Positions 1 to 8,441 of a stretch of 31,763 bases of DNA are shown piece after piece. The stretch lies in UHGV virus genome UHGV-0245672; one strand, given 5' to 3'. Every line of letters starts with the position of its first letter. Within the stretch, counting starts at the first letter, position 1. The position numbers were made by a program, and so were the translations under genes. Origin of the DNA: a virus. The notes under the pieces were generated by a model. It saw nothing but the letters and a program-made list of their open reading frames with translations, was not told the DNA's origin and searched no databases.

Positions 1-55
1 CATGAGGCGAAAAAGGCTAAAATCCAGGCATCATTTAACAGCTGGAGCATGGAAT

Positions 56-325
56 ATGCGAGTTCTGAAAATCGAATGCCCGGAATGCGGCTCAAAGGCT
101 GTTATTCGTAAAACAAACCGGAAGCACCGGCAGATTGCGGATATTTACTGCGCCTGTTCAGATGTGGAGTGTGGCCATACGTTTGTAATGAATCTGACGT
201 TCTCCCACACTCTCAGCCCCAGCGCAAAAACGGGTGATGCTATGGTGCAGAAAATATTGAATGCACTGTCACCCGGTCAGCGTCAAATGGCATTAGACCT
301 ACTGAAAGCGACTCCCGCCGCCTGA
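56..325 (+). CDS. ogr: Ogr/B/Delta-family zinc-finger late-gene transcriptional activator. The ORF is open from nt 2, so an upstream alternative start is possible.
   Basis: Translation carries a CPxCG...C.C..C.HTF Cys4 pattern like P2 Ogr / 186 B (IECPECGSKAV...YCACSDVECGHTF). Size is about 90 aa. A strong terminator follows. Confidence 0.75.
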   Translation: MRVLKIECPECGSKAVIRKTNRKHRQIADIYCACSDVECGHTFVMNLTFSHTLSPSAKTGDAMVQKILNALSPGQRQMALDLLKATPAA

Positions 326-505
326 TAAGCCCCCTTCCTGGGGGTTTTTAGCTTCTGTTCTGACCATCTCCCGCATTTCTCCAGCAATCTCACCAATCCA
401 GGCCAAAGCGATTGTTTTTTCTCTCTGGTTACTTTCGTACACATGGGCAATTTTGGCCAATAACTCAATGCGCTCCAGCTGTGCCGACGCTTCCAAAAGA
501 TCCAT
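299..505 (-). CDS. Hypothetical small protein (68 aa) downstream of the replication gene. Its 3' end reads through the ogr terminator hairpin.
   Basis: ORF with a GGGGG Shine-Dalgarno 4 nt before the ATG at 505. Helical-looking N-terminal 50 aa. Sits where P2/186 carry small ORFs after gene A. Confidence 0.3.
   Translation of the reverse strand: MDLLEASAQLERIELLAKIAHVYESNQREKTIALAWIGEIAGEMREMVRTEAKNPQEGGLSGGGSRFQ
329..349 (+). terminator. Rho-independent terminator downstream of the ogr-like gene.
   Basis: CCCCC-TTCCT-GGGGG stem-loop followed by TTTTT, immediately after the TGA at 323-325. Confidence 0.7.
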
Positions 506-624
506 TTAGCCCCCACAAACAATATATTACTGTATATACATACAGTGCACCGTAAAGCACAAATTGTGAAATGTATTTTCCTGCCATCTACTGACAAATG
601 AACGTGTTACACAGATTTATACCG

Positions 625-2640
625 CTACAACCACCCCGGCCACAGCTCGTGCATTGGCTCGCTTCGTGTCTCTTGCAACCGGCCATTACGGTAAATCAAT
701 GCCACCTGGCCAAATCTCAAACCACTACCCCGTATGAGAATGGCTATTTCATCGTCAGAACCATCAAAACCCCGGCTGCGCAATTCCAGTTTTAACCGTC
801 TGCGGGTTCCACCCTCCGTACAGTTATTGACAGAACTCCAAGGGGCGGCGTTGCCGCCAGAAAAACCCGCCTCCGCTGACGCTTCGGCCAACTTCGCAAC
901 CTTCTGCCACTTCACCAGGCGCGTACATACCGCCGAATCTGGAACCAATGGAGAATAGACACCCTGAACGCGCTGCACGTCCTCTGCGTATTCATTGCCC
1001 TGCTCAGTGATTTCATAAGCCAGACGAACAACCAGATCACGGCGGGCAACCAGTGCGCCACCCTGCGCCTGGGTGTATGACGCCCAGCACCCCACATCCG
1101 CAGCGGCCAGCACAGCATCCATTTTGGGATTAGGCAGCTGTTGGTTACGCAGGCGGCGCAATTCACGCCAGACAGTAACCGGGGCACCGCCGATTTGTTG
1201 AAACTGGCGAATACGCCAGCGGGAAGCCCATGCGGTAACAGATTTGGCCATTTCTTTAATGTCCTCGCCTGTCTTCTCATCCTTTTCACCATCCATCGCG
1301 TAACCATCTATATTCTTTGAGATGTATTTAGCGATATAGCCAGTAGCGCTGCCTTTCTGCGGATCGATAGCTTTAAAGCAGAAGCGGGCTTTTCTTGCTG
1401 AATAGCTGCGCAGCTCATGTGCATCTTCCTGGCAAGCGTATGTGTGAATAACACGACGAATCGCTTTCGCATCCTCTGGACGCATAAACAGCAGAAGATG
1501 CCAGTGCGGTGTGCCATCGTGATGCGGCTCAACAACGCGGAACCCGAAACAACGCAAATCTTTACGCGACAGCGCTGCACGAATTTTCTGCCAGACGCCG
1601 CATAAATAGCGCTGGGTATCCTGTGGTGTGCATCCTTCCCATTGCGAAACAAAACCCCCTTTGCTGTACACCGCATGGAATCGCGATGGCGCGGTGATAG
1701 TGTAAAACTCACCAGCCAACCCTTCTTCATTGGCCATATCTTCAAATCCTCTCATTCTTACCATTAGCTCACAGCGACGGATCGCCGGATTAGCAACGCT
1801 GCGGTGCACCATGCTGTCCAGTGCAATACGCAGCCCTTCATCATTCAGCAGGTCAAACTTTTTAAAGAACTCAAGGTTCCGCTTTTTCTGGTCTATCCAT
1901 TCCCCGAGGGTTTTACGGGACACATAAGCACTGGCGGCTTTCTGTACCTGCCCCACGGCAATGGCCATATGCTCACGCTGCGTATCCCGCGCCCGCTTAA
2001 GACGCAGATACCACCATTCAGGTGCCATCATGCGGAGAATCCCGGACTCAGCCTTCCGTGTTTCCAGTTGCCCGCTATTGGCTTCATGTTCTGCCCAGTA
2101 TGGCGGCTGATTGTTCAGCATCAGAGAGCACGTGCATAAATGGCGGTAAGACTCCAGCGTACGGCGGCGCAACTCTGCGGCATCGTCAGTGCTGCCCACA
2201 AATTGATCGGTGAAGTCATAAAGTGACTGGGAGATCCAGCCAGATATCTGGCCAGCCAGTTTTTTAAGATCATGACGGTCTAGTGACGGCAGTCGCTCCA
2301 GCGACTTACCGAAAGGAAGATCAAGTGCATCAGCGGCCAGCTTGTAACGTGCGGCCACTTTGCGCAGACGTGGCAATACATTCTCACCGATAGTTTTACG
2401 CAGGAATGTATTGGCACGGCGACGCCCGTTACGGCCAGCCAGCAGCTTTTCGTAACGGTTGCCAAAATACCCGGCTAACCAGTCGGGTATCTCATGCAGG
2501 TACTGGGAACGCCATTCATAATCCTGTGGGTTAGCAGCCCACAGGCGGCGTTCTGTGATCGTCGCATCTGAAGGGGTACCAGCCGCAAAGGTTTCACGCC
2601 GCCAGGCATTGACGGCATGGTGTTGACCAGGCTCCAGCAT
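625..2640 (-). CDS. A: P2 gpA-family rolling-circle replication initiation protein. Alternative upstream start at 2676.
   Basis: 671-683 aa. Contains HWHLLLF (HUH-type) and GYIAKYISK (catalytic Tyr pair) motifs typical of P2 A / 186 A. The ATG at 2640 overlaps the stop of the upstream ORF (TGATATG coupling). Confidence 0.88.
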   Translation of the reverse strand: MLEPGQHHAVNAWRRETFAAGTPSDATITERRLWAANPQDYEWRSQYLHEIPDWLAGYFGNRYEKLLAGRNGRRRANTFLRKTIGENVLPRLRKVAARYKLAADALDLPFGKSLERLPSLDRHDLKKLAGQISGWISQSLYDFTDQFVGSTDDAAELRRRTLESYRHLCTCSLMLNNQPPYWAEHEANSGQLETRKAESGILRMMAPEWWYLRLKRARDTQREHMAIAVGQVQKAASAYVSRKTLGEWIDQKKRNLEFFKKFDLLNDEGLRIALDSMVHRSVANPAIRRCELMVRMRGFEDMANEEGLAGEFYTITAPSRFHAVYSKGGFVSQWEGCTPQDTQRYLCGVWQKIRAALSRKDLRCFGFRVVEPHHDGTPHWHLLLFMRPEDAKAIRRVIHTYACQEDAHELRSYSARKARFCFKAIDPQKGSATGYIAKYISKNIDGYAMDGEKDEKTGEDIKEMAKSVTAWASRWRIRQFQQIGGAPVTVWRELRRLRNQQLPNPKMDAVLAAADVGCWASYTQAQGGALVARRDLVVRLAYEITEQGNEYAEDVQRVQGVYSPLVPDSAVCTRLVKWQKVAKLAEASAEAGFSGGNAAPWSSVNNCTEGGTRRRLKLELRSRGFDGSDDEIAILIRGSGLRFGQVALIYRNGRLQETRSEPMHELWPGWL

Positions 2641-2641
2641 A

Positions 2642-2854
2642 TCAACCACGATTAACCCACTTCCGCCAGAAATCAATCAGGAAGGCCACAAACACGGCCG
2701 CTACCAGTGGTAGCCAGAAAACCGCACTCAGTGTGATTAACCCTAAATCCTCAGCATCGTGATCAAATTCGTCCTGGCACTCGCCCCATAAGAGAAAGGC
2801 GAATGTGATACAGGCAAACAAGGCATAAAAGCCGGTGATAATTTCCGCCATCAT
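2642..2854 (-). CDS. Small two-transmembrane-helix protein (70 aa), function unknown.
   Basis: Two hydrophobic helices (FYALFACITFAFLLW and VFWLPLVAAVFVAFLI). Translationally coupled between dam and A. Confidence 0.5.
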   Translation of the reverse strand: MMAEIITGFYALFACITFAFLLWGECQDEFDHDAEDLGLITLSAVFWLPLVAAVFVAFLIDFWRKWVNRG

Positions 2855-3720
2855 GCCAACACCACCCGAACATCGATCGCTGGGTTAGCAGGTGACTTCA
2901 GAATCAACTCTGCGGCCACTTTCTGGCTTGCAGCTGCTGCACCCACACTGCGTGGCGCATTTACCCGAACAGCTTCGAATCCTGCATACAGGTAATGCAC
3001 CATTTCTAGATCGCTGTTTGACGCGACAACCTTAATCCCACGCTCAGTCAGGCGGCGCAGCTTACGCGCCAGCCGTCCCTGATCCATGTGCGAAAAACCG
3101 TGCCCATAGTAAGCGGTGAAATTAGCGCTATCAGTCAGATAAGGCGGATCGCAGTAAACAACGTCATTCCCGTCCCGAACCAAATCGAGCGTTTCTGAAT
3201 AGTGGGCAGTAATGAACGTTGCGCGTTTCGCTTTTTCAGCAAATGCGCAGATTTCATCAGCAGGAAAGTAGGTTTTTTTGTACTTACCAAACGGGACATT
3301 GAACTGGCCACGGCGATTGTATCGGCACAGACCATTGAAGCAGTGACGGTTCAGGTAAAGGAAACGCGCCGCAGCTTCCACAGATTCAGAACCAAAGGAT
3401 TTACCGGACTGGTTGAAAGCATCACGCACTGCGTAATAGAAAATTGCCCGGTTTTCTTCATCGCCTAATGCACCGGCAGAAAACAAAGCCTCCAGTTCAA
3501 TAAGCAACGCATCTGTGTGATAAGCCATCGTCTTATACAGATTAACAAGGTCAGGATTCACATCAGCTATCAGATACTCGTCATAATCCGTATTCATCAT
3601 GACAGCACAGGAACCGGCAAAAGGTTCTATCAGGCGCTTACCCTCCGGCAGATGGGGAAGCAACTGCGGCATAAGGCGGGCTTTGCTTCCCACCCACTTA
3701 AGCGGAGTTTTTACTGCCAT
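2851..3720 (-). CDS. dam: Dam-like DNA N6-adenine methyltransferase (GATC type).
   Basis: Strong similarity to E. coli Dam: LKWVGSK, EPFAGS, LNRHCFNGLCRYNRRGQFNVPFGKYKK, and catalytic DPPY. Confidence 0.9.
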   Translation of the reverse strand: MAVKTPLKWVGSKARLMPQLLPHLPEGKRLIEPFAGSCAVMMNTDYDEYLIADVNPDLVNLYKTMAYHTDALLIELEALFSAGALGDEENRAIFYYAVRDAFNQSGKSFGSESVEAAARFLYLNRHCFNGLCRYNRRGQFNVPFGKYKKTYFPADEICAFAEKAKRATFITAHYSETLDLVRDGNDVVYCDPPYLTDSANFTAYYGHGFSHMDQGRLARKLRRLTERGIKVVASNSDLEMVHYLYAGFEAVRVNAPRSVGAAAASQKVAAELILKSPANPAIDVRVVLA

Positions 3721-3944
3721 ACTGCACCGCCTTTACTGCAAATCGCTGCGGCTTCTTCGCGGATTAACTCAACGATTTCCGTTGCGCTTAAACCTTCATT
3801 GGCTGCATGGGTGGCCAGCTTATCCAGACGGGTGGAACACAGATCAGCAGCAGCGGCTTTACCTTCCTGTGTAGCCTTGGTGAGCATAGCCAGCAGGTCA
3901 GTGCCTGATTTTGTTGCGGGTAAATCCTGACGTGTAATGTGCAT
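3711..3944 (-). CDS. Hypothetical phage early protein (77 aa).
   Basis: ORF overlapping the dam start, in the same operon orientation. Confidence 0.4.
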   Translation of the reverse strand: MHITRQDLPATKSGTDLLAMLTKATQEGKAAAADLCSTRLDKLATHAANEGLSATEIVELIREEAAAICSKGGAVWQ

Positions 3945-4011
3945 TTTGGTTTCCTTAAGGCAAAAGAATCCCCGGCCACCTAAGCTGTGGCCAAAAAATT
4001 CAGGTTGTTAA

Positions 4012-4413
4012 TTAGTGAAAAGCGGGTTGTACAGTGACGGCGGAATGGTTCGGTGCTGGAATAAGGTGCAGCTCGTACGTTGTCCGCCACCACTCCTGGA
4101 TCAGTGCTTTAATTTCGCCAACACCCAACGCACCGGCCGTGTAGAAAATTGCGCGGATTCCGGCCAGCGCTTCAATCTGTGCTTCTTTGCTTTCGGCCTC
4201 GCGGTACACGCAGCACCAGAAAGCGGCATTGATTGCCAGCCAGTGACGCGGATTAGTCATGTGCTCAGTGTCATTAAAGAAGAACGGATGCAGCGCAATG
4301 CGACCATTTTTACTGGTACTTTTCTCTGCAAACGCTAAAGCATAGTTATGCGGGACTCCCCACGCGGCCAGCTCTGCCCCCAACGATTTACCTTCAACGG
4401 AAATAATGGCCAT
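4012..4413 (-). CDS. Hypothetical phage early protein (133 aa).
   Basis: Coupled ORF in the early leftward operon. No family recognised. Confidence 0.5.
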   Translation of the reverse strand: MAIISVEGKSLGAELAAWGVPHNYALAFAEKSTSKNGRIALHPFFFNDTEHMTNPRHWLAINAAFWCCVYREAESKEAQIEALAGIRAIFYTAGALGVGEIKALIQEWWRTTYELHLIPAPNHSAVTVQPAFH

Positions 4414-4841
4414 CAGAGATTCCCCTGTTGTTGCAACTTATGGACGATGTGAGGCGCGATAACCATCTGCACCCCGCTACTGCTATAAATTGGATGTGCC
4501 TTTTTGATCGGGCGGTTCGCGGTGCGCTTCGAAAAATCGCTGTCACGTAAACTGCCAAAACCTTCAAACGTTAACCTCGCCCGTGAAATGCCCCGGCGTA
4601 GTTGAATCATGTCCCGGTACCCCAGTCGTTCATAAAGCTCCCGCCAGCAGCATTTGCTTAAGTGGGCTTTGAATACCCCAGTACCTGAAGTAACCGCAGC
4701 AGCATGAAGCACCACACCGCGCCACTCTGGTGTTAAGTTGTCCCACCAGTCCCCCGCATCGCTGTAGGCAGGGTTGATCTGAAGGCGCATTCTTTTGCAA
4801 TGTTTCAGGGCGACTTCTACACGCTCAGTGCTAATTTTCAT
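4413..4841 (-). CDS. Hypothetical phage early protein (142 aa).
   Basis: GGGGGG Shine-Dalgarno upstream of the ATG at 4841. Sits between CII and the replication genes where 186 has fil/dhr-type genes. Confidence 0.5.
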   Translation of the reverse strand: MKISTERVEVALKHCKRMRLQINPAYSDAGDWWDNLTPEWRGVVLHAAAVTSGTGVFKAHLSKCCWRELYERLGYRDMIQLRRGISRARLTFEGFGSLRDSDFSKRTANRPIKKAHPIYSSSGVQMVIAPHIVHKLQQQGNL

Positions 4842-4853
4842 AGTGCTGCCCCC

Positions 4854-5027
4854 CTATAGCCCCATCAGGCGACGCCACCACGGACGGCGCGGTAGCTGAC
4901 CATTGAATTTGTACATGTGGCCAGGATTCCAGCGCTGACCATTTGGCAGTTCAATCCAACCAGTGGAACCGCTTGGCAGCTGCATGGATGGGGATTCATT
5001 TTTCAGATAAGTAACAAACGCTTTCAT
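4854..5027 (-). CDS. Small hypothetical protein (57 aa, MKAFVTYLKNESPS...). Not in the supplied ORF track.
   Basis: ATG at 5027 preceded by a GAGGGAG Shine-Dalgarno. Open to the TAG at 4854-4856. Immediately downstream of cII. Confidence 0.4.
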   Translation of the reverse strand: MKAFVTYLKNESPSMQLPSGSTGWIELPNGQRWNPGHMYKFNGQLPRRPWWRRLMGL

Positions 5028-5036
5028 AGTGCTCCC

Positions 5037-5540
5037 TCACATCAAGCCGGTGGCGTTAGCCGTCACCAGATCCACCGCTGCGGCCAGAACAGGCGCAGAC
5101 TGGATACGACTTTCAACGGTATAAGCCAGCACGGATAAGCTACGGATTGCATCGCGAGCGCGATCCAGAATTTGTGTACGGCGGGCGGCGGTCATATGAC
5201 CAGTTGATACGGCTTCCCCAGCAATTGCGCCCACACTGGCTGTGGCACTCAGTGCGCACAACTGCATGTTGCCTTCTGTGGCATTGTTCACCGGTACGGA
5301 TGGAAGGCAGTTAATCTGCCCCAGCATCCCATCCAGTAAACGCGCATCTTCGGTGTAATCCGTAATAGCTAATAGCTCGTCACAGGTTAAACGGTGCGGC
5401 TGTGCTGGATTCAACTTGTTGCGCAGGATCTGCGGCCTCATACCAACGGCAGCGGCTACATCTTCCAGATTGTGTTCAATTGCAAATGCTCGGCAAGCCG
5501 CATCAAAGTGCGCATGTTTAGAGGTCTGGTAATCAAACAT
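5037..5540 (-). CDS. cII: Phage regulatory protein CII (186 CII family; lysogeny establishment activator).
   Basis: MFDYQTSKHAHFDAACRAFA...LRNKLNPAQPH...LTCDELLAITDYTEDARLLDGMLGQINCLP closely parallels 186 CII. Confidence 0.85.
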   Translation of the reverse strand: MFDYQTSKHAHFDAACRAFAIEHNLEDVAAAVGMRPQILRNKLNPAQPHRLTCDELLAITDYTEDARLLDGMLGQINCLPSVPVNNATEGNMQLCALSATASVGAIAGEAVSTGHMTAARRTQILDRARDAIRSLSVLAYTVESRIQSAPVLAAAVDLVTANATGLM

Positions 5541-5570
5541 TGTTTGCCTCTCCCTAATCCGTAGGATGAA

Positions 5571-5792
5571 TTACGCATTAAGCGAAATATCACATTCGCT
5601 TAAAGCCTGAATGGTGAGCGCGGCCATGTTGACTTCAACCAGGCCTTTCTTCTGCTTCCCCTTCGGCTTAATGGGCAATTTTCCGTATTCAATCAGGTTC
5701 CTAGCGGTTTCTTTGTTGGTACCAGTACGTCGGCAATACTCGTCTAAAGGCAGGTATGGTTCTGGGATGATGATTGTAATGTTCGGACGCAT
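5571..5792 (-). CDS. apl: Apl/Cox-like excisionase and repressor of the lysogenic promoter.
   Basis: 74-aa basic protein (MRPNITIII...KPKGKQKKG) as the first gene of the rightward-equivalent operon, divergent from cI. GGAG Shine-Dalgarno 8 nt before the ATG at 5792. Confidence 0.65.
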   Translation of the reverse strand: MRPNITIIIPEPYLPLDEYCRRTGTNKETARNLIEYGKLPIKPKGKQKKGLVEVNMAALTIQALSECDISLNA

Positions 5793-5923
5793 AAGGCAAA
5801 CTCCACAAGTTAACCTGTACGGCAATACAGGTCTGTAATCGTCAATATTCGTATGGGAGAGGCTATATCGTACAAAGCGACAAATCAAGATCTTTTTCGC
5901 ATTTTAGAGTCGCCATTGATGTA
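5793..5923. promoter_or_regulatory. Lysis-lysogeny switch region (pR/pL-equivalent divergent or face-to-face promoters). Contains the dyad CCTGTA-N6-TACAGG at 5814-5831.
   Basis: 131-bp intergenic region between divergent apl and cI. Holds an inverted repeat suitable as a CI/Apl operator. Confidence 0.55.
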
Positions 5924-6505
5924 ATGAGCAAATTCCCTTTTGAACTAATCGGACATAGCAGCGAAGTTTTAGACCGAGTCATTGATGCATATGGTTTCAC
6001 TTCGAAATTAATGCTCGCAGACCATTTCGATATGGCCTCCAGCAGTTTGGCGGGTAGGTACAAACGTGGCGGCTTTCCTGCCGATATGGTTGTGAGATGT
6101 GTTGCTGAAACAGGGGCTAACCTCGAGTGGCTAGCAACCGGCCACGGGCGCAAGTTTAACGATGAAGAATTAGATATATTAAGAATCCCTCGCCGTAAAA
6201 TCGTGGATGGGCAACTATACGAGTCAGGCTTACTCATGTTGGACAAGGTAACTTTTTTACCTGGAAAACCATTACCTCAGAATCCTATCTGCGTAATTGA
6301 TAACAACATCCAATACATTGTCGAACAAAATTTCTCTGAGATTTATGACGATGATTGGCTGGTTGATGTAGAAGGTAAACACAGCATCAGAACTCTTACG
6401 CGTATACCTGTAAGGAAAGTTAGAGTTAGTGGTGTAGGAATGGCATTTGATTGCTCTATTGATGATATTGCTGTTATAGGTCGAGTTATTCTAACAATAA
6501 GATAA
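5924..6505 (+). CDS. cI: CI immunity repressor (186 CI family).
   Basis: 193 aa with VLDRVIDAYGF...LADHFDMASSSLAGRYKRG...ETGANLEWLATGHG...WLVDVEGKHSIRTLTRIP...FDCSIDDIAVIGRV, colinear with 186 CI. Confidence 0.88.
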   Translation: MSKFPFELIGHSSEVLDRVIDAYGFTSKLMLADHFDMASSSLAGRYKRGGFPADMVVRCVAETGANLEWLATGHGRKFNDEELDILRIPRRKIVDGQLYESGLLMLDKVTFLPGKPLPQNPICVIDNNIQYIVEQNFSEIYDDDWLVDVEGKHSIRTLTRIPVRKVRVSGVGMAFDCSIDDIAVIGRVILTIR

Positions 6506-6533
6506 TTTATCAATACAAGGGAATATTATTGAT

Positions 6534-6854
6534 ATGATAAAAAAATTGTTATTAAATTTACTAAAAGCATCAATCATATTTTTATTAATGATATGTGCTG
6601 TTGGGTTTAGCATAGACAAAAATGTATCAAGCACAGCGCGTTTTGTTCTGTCTCCATTGTTTTCAATATTATTGCTTTTCTTTTTTCACAAATGGATAAT
6701 TAAGCCATTGCTACTCAAGGCAAGATCAATAAAAAGTCACAGGAGCCATTTATCCATCATGTTGATTCTTCTAAAAATATTGCAAATCCGCTCACAGTCG
6801 ATCCTGTTACTGCTACACCTACTGATCAGGAGTTATTTAACAATAAGCCTGTGA
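6534..6854 (+). CDS. AT-rich ORF. The first ~57 aa encode two TM helices and the remainder is low-complexity. Probably the N-terminal part of a frameshifted gene that continues in the -1 frame (see 6704-7414).
   Basis: ATG at 6534 with an AAGGGA upstream. Two hydrophobic helices. Both frames are open across 6704-6854 around an A5 run (6731-6735). Confidence 0.4.
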   Translation: MIKKLLLNLLKASIIFLLMICAVGFSIDKNVSSTARFVLSPLFSILLLFFFHKWIIKPLLLKARSIKSHRSHLSIMLILLKILQIRSQSILLLLHLLIRSYLTISL

Positions 6855-7414
6855 TTGTGTGGAGCGGAACGACTAAGCCAGTTTCGTTTCGGATATTCTC
6901 AGATAAAGAACGTAAAGATGGTATTTTTACGCAATTAGAGATCCATAAAGATGGTGATTTTTATTTTTATCTAGCTGACCAATCCACTGGTGAGCTTACC
7001 TTAGTGAAAGAAAGAGAAATACAATCGCGAATTACAATTAATTCACAAACTTATGATTTCGTAGAATTGTGTAGAAAGGTCTTAAAAATCGACTTATCTG
7101 ATATGTTTGAGCTAGCAAAAGAAATACGTAAAGAAGCTAGCGAGCCATACGTAATTGCAAAATTCTCACCCATAACAACATCATTCACTTATTCATCATC
7201 TAATGGTAAAGAAAGAAGAACCGTTGATGTAGACCAAGTATTAAAAAATGGGAAAAATGACTATTATTTGTCAGGTTTTTGCCATTTAAGAAAGGAAAGA
7301 CGAACCTTTATTTCAAGCCGGTTCCAAACCATGTTAGTAACTGAGGGACACAAAAAATATTACTTCCATGACTGGTTGAAAAACGTTGCAGGGATTGATT
7401 ATGAGTGTCCGTAA
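6851..7414 (+). CDS. AT-rich cargo ORF with a WYL-like C-terminal domain. The listed GTG start is weak, and the frame is open from 6704, so it is probably fused to the upstream 2-TM segment by a frameshift.
   Basis: C-terminus DYYLSGFCHLRKERRTFISSRFQTMLV resembles the WYL-domain signature (WYL.a.C....R.FRl.RI). Codon usage is AT-rich, unlike the flanking cI and int. Confidence 0.55.
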   Translation: MIVWSGTTKPVSFRIFSDKERKDGIFTQLEIHKDGDFYFYLADQSTGELTLVKEREIQSRITINSQTYDFVELCRKVLKIDLSDMFELAKEIRKEASEPYVIAKFSPITTSFTYSSSNGKERRTVDVDQVLKNGKNDYYLSGFCHLRKERRTFISSRFQTMLVTEGHKKYYFHDWLKNVAGIDYECP

Positions 7415-8441
7415 ACTTCCTAACGGCGACTGGATCGCCGACTTCTATACCGTCAACCGCAGCAATGGTAAGAACGGGAAGCGTATACGTAAAAAATTTG
7501 CCACTAAGGGAGAAGCCCTAGCATTTGAGAATCACACGCTTCAAAAGGTAGATAGTGCGCCGTGGTTAGGTGAAGGGAAAGATAAACGAACTTTAATCGA
7601 CCTGATTACAATGTGGTATGAGCGCCACGGCGTAGCTCTGCGCAACGGTCAAAAGCGTAAAGACGCAATGACCTGGGCGGCTGAGTGTATGGGGTTTCCG
7701 CTGGCCACTGAGTTTAATGCTCAACTGTTTACAGCATACCGCGCCAAAAGGCTTGAAGGGCATTATGCCCGTACTAACCGTGTTACTAAGGTTTCACCTA
7801 AAACAATGAACCTTGAACACGCTTATTTTCTGGCTATGTTCAATGAGCTGAAACGGATCGGTGAGTGGTCAGCCCCTAACCCACTGGAGAACGTCAGACA
7901 GTACCGCACAGATGAAACTGAAATGGCATTTCTCACTGCTGAAGAAATTGATCGGCTTTTACTGGAATGCAAACGCAGCAAAGTAAGCTACTTAGAGTTA
8001 GTCGTAAAAATCTGTCTGGCGACTGGCGCAAGATGGAATGAAGCGGCAACACTCAAAAGCTCCCAAATTGCTGGCGGAAAAGTCACCTTCATAAAAACAA
8101 AAGGGAAAAGAAACCGCACCATTCCCTTAGATGATGAACTTCTGGCTGAACTACCTGAAACAAAAGGCGCTCTGTTTCCAAAGCCCTGCTATAACGCATT
8201 CCGTTCGGCTCTGGAACGTGCTGGCATTGAACTACCAGCAGGTCAGCTTACCCATGTACTACGCCATACATTTGCCAGCCACTTTATGATGAACGGCGGC
8301 AATATACTGGTTCTTCAAAAAATCCTCGGTCATGCCGATATCACCATGACAATGCGTTACGCGCATTTCGCCCCAAGCCACCTTGAAGAAGCTGTGCGAC
8401 TTAACCCATTAAAATGTCGCAAAATTGTCGCGACAGCTTAG
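7401..8441 (+). CDS. int: P2-family tyrosine integrase. Alternative start at 7386.
   Basis: MSVRKLPNGDW...KTKGKRNRTIPL...HVLRHTFASHFMMNGGNILVLQKILGHADITMTMRYAHFAPSHLEEAVRLNPL is colinear with P2 Int, including the R..H..R..Y catalytic residues. Confidence 0.92.
   Translation: MSVRKLPNGDWIADFYTVNRSNGKNGKRIRKKFATKGEALAFENHTLQKVDSAPWLGEGKDKRTLIDLITMWYERHGVALRNGQKRKDAMTWAAECMGFPLATEFNAQLFTAYRAKRLEGHYARTNRVTKVSPKTMNLEHAYFLAMFNELKRIGEWSAPNPLENVRQYRTDETEMAFLTAEEIDRLLLECKRSKVSYLELVVKICLATGARWNEAATLKSSQIAGGKVTFIKTKGKRNRTIPLDDELLAELPETKGALFPKPCYNAFRSALERAGIELPAGQLTHVLRHTFASHFMMNGGNILVLQKILGHADITMTMRYAHFAPSHLEEAVRLNPLKCRKIVATA

Noticed and set aside
734-2465. Multiple 60-145-aa ORFs on both strands inside the gene A region (734-958, 912-1307, 1308-1745, 1804-2139, 2280-2465, etc.).
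   Set aside because: All are nested within or antisense to the 671-aa gpA ORF, which has unambiguous HUH and Tyr motifs. None has a credible start or Shine-Dalgarno.
3135-3468. ORFs 3135-3335 (-) and 3202-3468 (+) inside the dam gene.
   Set aside because: Nested in or antisense to the Dam ORF, whose full-length homology to E. coli Dam is clear.
6729-6737. Considered a canonical programmed -1 frameshift at the A-run joining the 2-TM and WYL-like ORFs.
   Set aside because: The run is only A5 (ATAAAAAGT) and does not form an X_XXY_YYZ heptamer in the upstream frame. A homopolymer indel (sequencing error or mutation) is more likely than programmed slippage. It is kept as a finding but not called as PRF.
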